Assembly: GCA_965649115.1 (NCBI GenBank)
Contig: CBFGJN010000047.1
Coordinates: 1 to 14,324 of the forward strand
Origin: a candidate division WOR-3 bacterium
GTDB lineage: Bacteria; Hydrothermota; Hydrothermia; LBFQ01; DSFT01
Reading direction: 5' to 3'
DNA length: 14,324 nucleotides
In this document: positions 7,648-14,324 of the stretch, in pieces
How the letters are laid out: each line of letters opens with the position of its first letter
Position numbering within the stretch: the stretch's first letter is position 1
The notes under the pieces: generated by a model
Told to the model about the DNA's origin: nothing
Databases searched by the model: none
What the model saw: the letters and a program-made list of their open reading frames with translations, nothing else
Translations under genes and position numbers: made by a program

Positions 7648-8463
7648 ATGACCGAAAAAGAAATTTTAGAAATAAAAAAAAAACATCCAGAAGTTATATT
7701 AGAAATTATTTATTCAAGTTCAATAGCGACAAAAAAAGATATTAAAATTTTATATAGAAAACTAAATTTAAACTTTCAAAACAAACTTGAAGAGAAAAAG
7801 ATAGAGATTGAAAAGGCATTAGAAGAAAAACTTGAATTAAAGAAACTTGAAATTGAAAGGACAATAAGAATTGAAATAGAAAAAATAAGAAACGAATTTC
7901 AATTAGAAATTGAAAAAATAAGAAGTGAGATGCTTGAAAAAATTTCAGAGACTGAAAAAAATCTTAAAATTGAAATTGAAAAAATAAGAAGCGAGAGTAA
8001 TGAAAGGATTGAAAAATTAAGAAGCGAGATGTTTCAAAAAATTTCAGAAACAGAGAAAAACTTAAAAATAGAAATTGAGAAAACAAGAGCTGAAAGCAAT
8101 GAAAGAATGAATCAGATGGAAAATCAAATTAAGCTGGAAATTGAAAAATTAAGAAGCGAAAGTAATGAAAGGATAGCTCAATCAGAAAATCAAATTAAGT
8201 TAGAAATTGAGAAAATAAGAAACGAGATGATTCAAAGAATTTCAGAGGTTGAAAAAAATCTTAAAATTGAGATTGAGAAAATAAGAGCTGAAAGTAATGA
8301 AAGAATAGCCCAATCAGAAAATCAAACGAAATTAGAAATAGAGAAATTAAGAGCTGAGATTGAAATTAAATTACAAATTATGAAAAATTCCTTATTAAAA
8401 TGGATTATTGGTTTAATTTTAACTCAAACACTTGTTATTGTAATTACAATAATTTTGAAGTAA
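7648..8463 (+). CDS. DUF1640/CCDC90-like membrane-anchored coiled-coil protein
   Basis: IATKKDI neck-like motif, long repetitive coiled coil, C-terminal LLKWIIGLILTQTLVIVITIILK anchor. Confidence 0.75.
   Translation: MTEKEILEIKKKHPEVILEIIYSSSIATKKDIKILYRKLNLNFQNKLEEKKIEIEKALEEKLELKKLEIERTIRIEIEKIRNEFQLEIEKIRSEMLEKISETEKNLKIEIEKIRSESNERIEKLRSEMFQKISETEKNLKIEIEKTRAESNERMNQMENQIKLEIEKLRSESNERIAQSENQIKLEIEKIRNEMIQRISEVEKNLKIEIEKIRAESNERIAQSENQTKLEIEKLRAEIEIKLQIMKNSLLKWIIGLILTQTLVIVITIILK
7870..8365 (+). repeat. Intragenic tandem repeats of 11/22 codons
   Basis: Recurring L(K/E)IEIEK(I/L)R(S/A)E followed by SNERIAQSENQ or MxQKISExEKN, conserved at DNA level; boundaries approximate. Confidence 0.8.
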
Positions 8464-8520
8464 ATATAATTAAAAAACTTTTTGAAATTCTCAAAAAAAG
8501 ATTTATACTTTAAATAAGCA

Positions 8521-9480
8521 CTAATTTTTTGGACATTTTATAAGCTTCAAAATCAAATTATATTTTAATGTTTTCCAAGAAATTTCAAATTCTTTTGTTT
8601 CAGTTGATTTTTTAAATAAGCTTAAAAGTCCTTTTGGTTTTGGAGATATATTTTTTATTGAAATTGGGCTGGAAATGACAACAAAATAATTATTTTTTTC
8701 AGTTGGTAAGTACCTTATAGTTGAACTATCTGTAATGAGTTTATAATTTTTAAAATCATATTGTTTTTTAAATTTTTCCATTTCTTGACTACTTAAAATA
8801 AATAGCCATGCTTTACCTTCAAGAATTTTAATTGAAATTTCAAGAGTATCAATTTGGTCTATTAAATAAGGTCCAAAGCTATGATATTGAATTTGAATTT
8901 TATTTGATTTAAGATAAAAACTATCAATTTTAAATGATTTATTTTCTAAAATTTGATAAACACACCTATTTTTTGGCTTGAAAAGAAAAATAAAAATTAT
9001 TAATAAAAACAATAAAATTGGGAAAATAATTAAGAATTTATTCAATTTGAAATTTTTTATCTTCTCAAAAGAATACCCACATTTTTTACAAAATCTATCA
9101 ATTAAATTATTTTCATAACCGCAATTTGGACATATTTTTATATTTTTTATTTTATATCCACAATTTGAGCAAAAGTTAGAATTTTCTTCAATTTCTTTTT
9201 GACAATTTGGACATCTTTGAATGTAATTTATATCGGGAGCAAACTTATATTTTTCTATTTCAGAACTTTTTAGTTCCTTTAATAAAACCCTCCCTTCCTT
9301 CCACTCTTTTATTCTTTCTAATTCCCTTGGAGAACTATCCCATGTTGAATCAACATCTTTTATCTTACCTTCAACAAAAACAACCCTTACTACACCTCCT
9401 TGTGGTCCAAGAAAAATAATTCTACCTGTCCATTTATTTTTTATAGCGTTAATTATTACTTCTTCAAAATTAACATTCAT
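8521..9480 (-). CDS. DUF4388/PATAN-like domain + double zinc ribbon + TM + C-terminal extracytoplasmic domain
   Basis: WTGRIIF..VVFVEGKI..WKEG pattern; CPNC..FCSNCG..CPNCG..FCKKCG; TM FLIIFPILLFLLIIFIFLF. Confidence 0.7.
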   Translation of the reverse strand: MNVNFEEVIINAIKNKWTGRIIFLGPQGGVVRVVFVEGKIKDVDSTWDSSPRELERIKEWKEGRVLLKELKSSEIEKYKFAPDINYIQRCPNCQKEIEENSNFCSNCGYKIKNIKICPNCGYENNLIDRFCKKCGYSFEKIKNFKLNKFLIIFPILLFLLIIFIFLFKPKNRCVYQILENKSFKIDSFYLKSNKIQIQYHSFGPYLIDQIDTLEISIKILEGKAWLFILSSQEMEKFKKQYDFKNYKLITDSSTIRYLPTEKNNYFVVISSPISIKNISPKPKGLLSLFKKSTETKEFEISWKTLKYNLILKLIKCPKN

Positions 9481-9725
9481 TCCTCAAAAAATAATTTCTT
9501 TAAATTTAGAATTCTTTGGTATTCTTCATAAGCTTTATTCTCAATTTCCTCCTCACTTAAATTTATTTCTTGTGATTTGTTATATATTCCTTCAAGAATG
9601 TTTTGATAAACAATCTGAAAAAATTCATTAATTTGTTCTTTTAAAATTTTTAGAAATTCTTCAAGCTCTAAATAACCTCTTTCTGAAAGCAATTGTAAAT
9701 ATAGTTTATATATGTAATTATTCAT
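9477..9725 (-). CDS. Small helical hypothetical protein
   Basis: 82-aa ORF joined to both neighbours by ATGA overlaps. Confidence 0.65.
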   Translation of the reverse strand: MNNYIYKLYLQLLSERGYLELEEFLKILKEQINEFFQIVYQNILEGIYNKSQEINLSEEEIENKAYEEYQRILNLKKLFFEE

Positions 9726-10387
9726 CTTGAAATTTCAAAACTTCCATTACTTTGCTCAACATATAAAACCTTATCAGATGAACCTTCTTCACCACTACAA
9801 GCAAAACATTTTATATTTTTACCATAAATTTTAAAATCTCCTAAATCTTTTGAATATATTATTTTTAATGAGCCAGTTGATTTTAATTTTATGTAGCTAT
9901 CTCTATTTATAATTCTTCCAGAACTATAAAATTCTTTTAAATCAGCATTTGAATTCATAAATGTCCAATTAAAATTTTTATTTGACCTAAATGAACCTTT
10001 AATAATTCCATTATCTATTAATGCTTTACCTTCATTCACATTAACATTGAATTCAATCAAACATAATTTGCATTCTATATCCAAGTTTTCAAATGTTCCA
10101 GAAATTTTAATTTTAGCAAAATCGCTTTCACATCTATTTAAAACGACTGCGCTATAACCACAAGCAATGTTTCCAACTACTTTTAAAATTATTTTTGAGG
10201 TTTGAGGTATTGTAAATTTTGTATTTTCAGTAATTTTATATTTATAATAGTCTTTTGCTTGCTCTTCATAACCATAACTTTTTGCTTCTACTTTAACTTT
10301 ATTTGAATTCCAACTATTTATTTCAAGCTCTATTTTGCTTTGTTCAATTTTTATGTCAAATGTTTGACTGAAAATTAGATAAATCAA
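9722..10387 (-). CDS. Beta-rich, Cys-containing hypothetical protein (possibly DUF4097-like, exported); TTG start
   Basis: 221-aa ORF, beta-strand-like periodicity, ends VEQSNGSFEISR; family assignment tentative. Confidence 0.6.
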   Translation of the reverse strand: MIYLIFSQTFDIKIEQSKIELEINSWNSNKVKVEAKSYGYEEQAKDYYKYKITENTKFTIPQTSKIILKVVGNIACGYSAVVLNRCESDFAKIKISGTFENLDIECKLCLIEFNVNVNEGKALIDNGIIKGSFRSNKNFNWTFMNSNADLKEFYSSGRIINRDSYIKLKSTGSLKIIYSKDLGDFKIYGKNIKCFACSGEEGSSDKVLYVEQSNGSFEISR

Positions 10388-10460
<73 letters not shown>

Positions 10461-10465
10461 TTTTC

Positions 10466-10490
10466 GGCAAGTTTGAAAATTATAAAGCAT
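10466..10490 (-). promoter_or_regulatory. Putative promoter of tRNA-Phe (-10 TATAAT at 10484-10479)
   Basis: ATGCTTTATAATTTTCAAACTTGCC, 24/25 identical to 4928-4952. Confidence 0.7.
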
Positions 10491-10544
10491 AGTTAAAGGA
10501 GGGGAAAGCCCCCTCTAAATAATGTTAAATCTTTGGAAAAATCT

Positions 10545-10673
10545 ATAAAATTTTCAGAATTCCTATAAAAATTTTAATTTAAGGGGGGTGAAGTTTTAAG
10601 GCGAAGCCTTATATTTAGGGTGGGCAGGAAAAATATAATAAAATAAATAGTTTCAGAATTATTGGACACAGCA
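10545..10673. mobile_element. Second, partial copy of element B (inverted relative to 3609-3752)
   Basis: TIR GAATTATTGGACACAGCA (10656-10673) is identical to the reverse complement of 3609-3626; interior AGTTTTAAGGCGAAGCCTTATATTTAGG matches AGTTTTAAGACGAAGGCTTAAATTTAGG; other TIR not found, left boundary approximate. Confidence 0.78.
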
Positions 10674-10707
10674 ATTTTATCTTAAATTTTGCTTTAAAAT
10701 TTTCATT

Positions 10708-11256
10708 ATGTTTGAAATAAAATTTAGATTAAGAGAGCATCCTTTTTATAGAGCTTGGGAAAATGGCGAAATTACTACTCAAAAACTTTCTGAATATGCT
10801 TATGCTTATCTTGATTTCATAGAAAATATACCCTATTATTGGCAAAGAATTTTAAACGAATTTTCAATTTCAGATAATTGGATTATTGATGAGGAAAAAA
10901 AACACATCTCACTTTGGAAAAGATGGATAAAAAAGCTTGAAAAACCTGAAAACTACCCAACTTTAAATGATTTAATTTTAAAATTAAATAAAATGAATAC
11001 TTCTCAATTACTTGGAGCTATTTATTCATTTGAAGTTCAACAACCTGAAATTGCTAAATTTAAAAAAGAATGTCTAATAAAGTTTTACCATTTCAAAGAA
11101 AGTGATTTAATTTATTTTGATGAGCATATGGAAGAAGAAAAACATATTAATTTTGGAAAATATATATATGAAAACTTTGCTAATAAAAATGACTTCTTTT
11201 ATGGCTTTGAAAAAGGTCAAGAATTAATTTACAAAAGCCTAGATAGATTTGTTTAA
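10708..11256 (+). CDS. Heme-oxygenase-like dimetal oxidase, CADD/PqqC/TenA superfamily
   Basis: HPFYRAWENGEIT, DEEKKHISLW, YSFEVQQPEIA, YFDEHMEEEKH. Confidence 0.8.
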   Translation: MFEIKFRLREHPFYRAWENGEITTQKLSEYAYAYLDFIENIPYYWQRILNEFSISDNWIIDEEKKHISLWKRWIKKLEKPENYPTLNDLILKLNKMNTSQLLGAIYSFEVQQPEIAKFKKECLIKFYHFKESDLIYFDEHMEEEKHINFGKYIYENFANKNDFFYGFEKGQELIYKSLDRFV

Positions 11257-12418
11257 GATGCTTTTTGAGTTTATTGATAAAATAGAAAGTGAAGAACATA
11301 AATTATTAAGAGAAAATGTTAAAAAATTTGTAAATAGTAAAATAGCTCCTATTTCATCAAAAATTGATAAAGAAGATTATTTTCCTATGGATGTATTCAA
11401 GGAGATGGGTAAAATTGGACTAACAGGAATGCTCATTCCCGAAAAGTACGGGGGAATTGGAGAAGATGTTTTAAATGCAATAATCATATTAGAAGAAATT
11501 TCAAAAGAAAGTCCATCATTAGCCTTATCACTATTAGCACATAGTGTCCTATGTGCTTACCCAATTGTTAAATATGGAAATGAAGAGCAAAAAAATTACT
11601 ATCTTCCAAAATTAGCAAATGCAGAATTTATTGGGGGTCTTGCTTATACTGAACCTAATGCTGGAAGTGATGCTGAAAACATAATAACAAAAGCAGTTTT
11701 AAAAGATGATTATTTTTATATTTCAGGTTCAAAAAATTTCATAACGAATGGTTCAATTGCTGATGTTTTAATTGTTTATGCAAGGACGGGAGGACAAGGA
11801 AAAGAAGGTATAAGTGCCTTTATTTTTGATACAAAAACGGAAGGATTTCATGTTTCAAAAAAACTTGATAAACTTGGAATGAGAGGTTCTCCAACAGCAT
11901 TATTATACTTTGATAATGCAAAAGTTCATAAAAGTAAATTACTTGGTGATTTAAATAAAGGATATTATATGGTTGTAAAAGGTTTTGAAATTGAAAGAAT
12001 TACAATTTCTGCTATTTCAACAGGAATAGCATTAAAATGTCTTGAATGGATTGTAAAATATAGTAAGGAAAGAGTAGCATTTTCAAAACCTATTAGTGAA
12101 TTTCAATTAATTCAAGAAAAAGTGGCAAGAATTTCAGCAAAGTTAGAAGTTTTAAGAACGTACTTGTATTTATCTGCAAAATTTTACAATCCCGATAAAG
12201 ATAATAGGGTTCAAGCAAGTACTTTAAAGTACTTATGTGGCAAACTCGGTGTTGAAGCAGGACTTGAAGCAATTCAAGTTCTTGGAGGTTATGGATATAC
12301 AAAAGATTATCCTGTTGAAAGATTAATGCGGGATGCAAAGTTAAATGATATTGGGGCAGGAACTACTGAAATGATGATATTACAGCTTGCTAAGATGGTT
12401 TATAGACATTTCAAGTGA
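11249..12418 (+). CDS. Acyl-CoA dehydrogenase, isovaleryl-CoA dehydrogenase-like (start TTG 11249 or ATG 11258)
   Basis: LAYTEPNAGSDA, GSKNFITNG, KLDKLGMRGSPT, QVLGGYGY, DIGAGTTE; IVD-type catalytic arrangement (Glu in GFEIER, Ala in IGAG). Confidence 0.92.
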   Translation: MFKMLFEFIDKIESEEHKLLRENVKKFVNSKIAPISSKIDKEDYFPMDVFKEMGKIGLTGMLIPEKYGGIGEDVLNAIIILEEISKESPSLALSLLAHSVLCAYPIVKYGNEEQKNYYLPKLANAEFIGGLAYTEPNAGSDAENIITKAVLKDDYFYISGSKNFITNGSIADVLIVYARTGGQGKEGISAFIFDTKTEGFHVSKKLDKLGMRGSPTALLYFDNAKVHKSKLLGDLNKGYYMVVKGFEIERITISAISTGIALKCLEWIVKYSKERVAFSKPISEFQLIQEKVARISAKLEVLRTYLYLSAKFYNPDKDNRVQASTLKYLCGKLGVEAGLEAIQVLGGYGYTKDYPVERLMRDAKLNDIGAGTTEMMILQLAKMVYRHFK

Positions 12419-13476
12419 AAGTCTGGTTCCACTCTTCTTCAATTGGTGAATTAAATGCAATAATGCCTTTAATAAAAAAATTTGATAATAAAATCATATC
12501 AGTTTTCACAAAATCAGCTTATGAGTATGCTAAAAAGAACTTCTCATATACACCAATTTATAGATATTTTCTTGATAATCCTTTTACATTAAAAAAAATT
12601 TTAGAAGAAAAACCTGATATTTTAATAATTGCAGAAACCGAAATTTGGCCAAACTTAATACTAACTTCATATAAAAAAAATATAAAAATTTTTTTAGTTA
12701 ATGGTAGAATTTCAGATAGGTCCTTTAAGTTTTATAAAGCATTTTTATTTTTCTTTGAAGGAATTTTTAAAAAATTTAATAGAATTTATGCAAGAAGCGA
12801 AAATGATAAATTAAAATTTAAGTTATTGAAAGCAAAAGATGTTGTGTTTTTTGGGGATTTAAAAATTGATGCGGTTAGTCATAATATTATTGATATAAGT
12901 AGGGAGGAATTAGGTTTTAATGAAAATGATTTTATTATAACATTTGGAAGTGTTAGAGGTAAAGAAATTGAAAAAATTGTTAAAGTTGTTGATTATTTTA
13001 AGGACTTTAAATTCGTTATAGCACCTAGACATTTTGAAAACATTGAAAAAATTATTTATGAGTTAAATAAGAGAAATATAAATTGGTCATTAAGAGTTCC
13101 ATTTAGACCTTCAAGAGTTATTATTTTAAATAGTTTTGGTGAATTGAAGAGTATTTATAGAATTTCAGATATATGTTTTATTGGTGGAACACTTGCAGAT
13201 TATGGAGGACATAATGTTCTTGAAAGCTTGTACTTTAAGAAACCCACAGTTGTAGGACCTTACTATAAAAACATTAAAAATTATGTTGATTACTTTAAGG
13301 ATAAAAATGCTATTTTCATTGTCAAAAATGAGGATGAGATGATTGAAATAATTAAAATTATTAAAAATAATCAAAATTTAAAGGATAACATAAATTTGGT
13401 TTGTGAGGAGTTTTTTAAAAATCATATTGGTGCTACTGAAAAAATATATAACGATATTCTTAAAAGAACTACTTAG
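12415..13476 (+). CDS. waaA: 3-deoxy-D-manno-octulosonic acid (Kdo) transferase
   Basis: VWFHSSSIGE, ETEIWPN, NGRISDRSF, APRH, GEL, GGHNVLE. Confidence 0.93.
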   Translation: MKVWFHSSSIGELNAIMPLIKKFDNKIISVFTKSAYEYAKKNFSYTPIYRYFLDNPFTLKKILEEKPDILIIAETEIWPNLILTSYKKNIKIFLVNGRISDRSFKFYKAFLFFFEGIFKKFNRIYARSENDKLKFKLLKAKDVVFFGDLKIDAVSHNIIDISREELGFNENDFIITFGSVRGKEIEKIVKVVDYFKDFKFVIAPRHFENIEKIIYELNKRNINWSLRVPFRPSRVIILNSFGELKSIYRISDICFIGGTLADYGGHNVLESLYFKKPTVVGPYYKNIKNYVDYFKDKNAIFIVKNEDEMIEIIKIIKNNQNLKDNINLVCEEFFKNHIGATEKIYNDILKRTT

Positions 13477-14104
13477 GCTTTAATATCAAAAAATTTCCAA
13501 GAGGATCTATTAATTTTTCTTCTTTATAAAATTTAAAAGGAATTTCCATTTCAAAACCTATAAAACCAGTTGAATTAGCAGGTGGGAATCTATTTTTTGC
13601 CCATATGTTTATTCCTAAATTCTCATAAAACAATTTTCCAATTTTCAAATCATTATAATAGAAATGAAGATGACCAATTATTGTTTGTGGATGTAAAAAT
13701 TCTTCTTCATTATTCTCTTTAAGCAAATTTTCAATATCCAAGTAATCAGTTATCATTTCTTTTGGTAATTTTTCAATGTACTTATCACAATATATCTCTA
13801 TCGTGATGTTTTGAGGATCAATGATATAAATTGCTTCTGAAACTCCATGATCTGCGAAACCTTCAAATTTAAAATTATTATTTATCAGCTTCCTTAAAAT
13901 GCCTGCTAGATTTTTTCTACTTGGAACAAGTAAAGCAAAGTGATATAATCCAATAAAATATATAAAGAAGTTTTTTCCTTCAAGAAAAAGCTTGTAAATA
14001 CCTTTTTCTTCAACTTCATAAGAAAAACCAAGTATTTTATAAAATTTAAGAACATTCTCAATGTCATTTACCTTAAAAAATAAACTTTTAAATATATTTT
14101 TCAT
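13469..14104 (-). CDS. VOC-family, CatE/YfiE-like ring-cleaving dioxygenase homologue, internally shortened (possibly degenerate)
   Basis: GLYHFALLVPSR, DHGVSEAIYIIDP..IEIYCD, TIIGHLHF; the expected GGYHHH segment is missing. Confidence 0.7.
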   Translation of the reverse strand: MKNIFKSLFFKVNDIENVLKFYKILGFSYEVEEKGIYKLFLEGKNFFIYFIGLYHFALLVPSRKNLAGILRKLINNNFKFEGFADHGVSEAIYIIDPQNITIEIYCDKYIEKLPKEMITDYLDIENLLKENNEEEFLHPQTIIGHLHFYYNDLKIGKLFYENLGINIWAKNRFPPANSTGFIGFEMEIPFKFYKEEKLIDPLGNFLILKPK

Positions 14105-14126
14105 AACTTAATAAACTTTTTTACTT

Positions 14127-14324
14127 TCACAAGAATGAACAATTGAAGGAATAAAACAGGTGAAAAACCATTACTGAATGCCAATTTCCATGAAGTGAAT
14201 CACAAATATTCATTTCCTCAAATCCACCAAAATCTTTCTCAGTTTTACATTCCCAGCTAATTTTTAAATTTCTATATATCTTTGAACCTTTATCTTCAAG
14301 CAATATATTTTCAAATTCAGGGTC
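14127..14324 (-). CDS. 3' end of a hypothetical gene entering from beyond the window
   Basis: Open frame of 65 codons from the window edge (DPEFENILLEDKGSKIYRN...FNCSFL) ending in TGA at 14129-14127. Confidence 0.5.
   Translation of the reverse strand, partial: DPEFENILLEDKGSKIYRNLKISWECKTEKDFGGFEEMNICDSLHGNWHSVMVFHLFYSFNCSFL

Noticed and set aside
8479..8500. Bidirectional terminator TTTTTGA/TCAAAAA between convergent genes
   Set aside because: The stem is almost all A-T and too weak to distinguish from background
9207..9419. 70-aa plus-strand ORF
   Set aside because: Antisense shadow of the zinc-ribbon gene with no motifs
12093..12338. 81-aa minus-strand ORF
   Set aside because: Antisense shadow of the acyl-CoA dehydrogenase
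13165..13374. 69-aa minus-strand ORF
   Set aside because: Antisense shadow of waaA

Overview
Very AT-rich bacterial chromosomal window from a diderm (waaA present). The GC-rich structural RNAs suggest a thermophile; that is inference only. It starts with the 3' end of a 16S rRNA followed by tRNA-Ala(CGC), with no 23S gene downstream. It then holds housekeeping and envelope genes: sugar-phosphate nucleotidyltransferase, PAP2 phosphatase, FHA-TM-TPR protein, dnaJ, ankyrin lipoprotein, YfhO-like GT-C, DUF1640/CCDC90-like coiled coil, DUF4388/zinc-ribbon protein, CADD/PqqC-like oxidase, isovaleryl-CoA-type dehydrogenase, waaA and a degenerate CatE-like VOC protein, plus tRNA-Glu(UUC) and tRNA-Phe(GAA). 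Three non-obvious patterns stand out. (1) Both stand-alone CCA-less tRNAs share a 24/25-identical upstream block and are followed within 0-1 nt of the discriminator by the only plausible (TTG) start of a downstream operon, resembling tRNA punctuation. (2) A family of small non-autonomous elements has IS903-like terminal inverted repeats; one copy has a perfect 9-bp target duplication, and four related copies lie in 14 kb. (3) A recurrent CTTTAAAATTT -10-like box sits just upstream of first genes, and internal genes are joined by 4-nt stop/start overlaps, suggesting largely SD-independent initiation.
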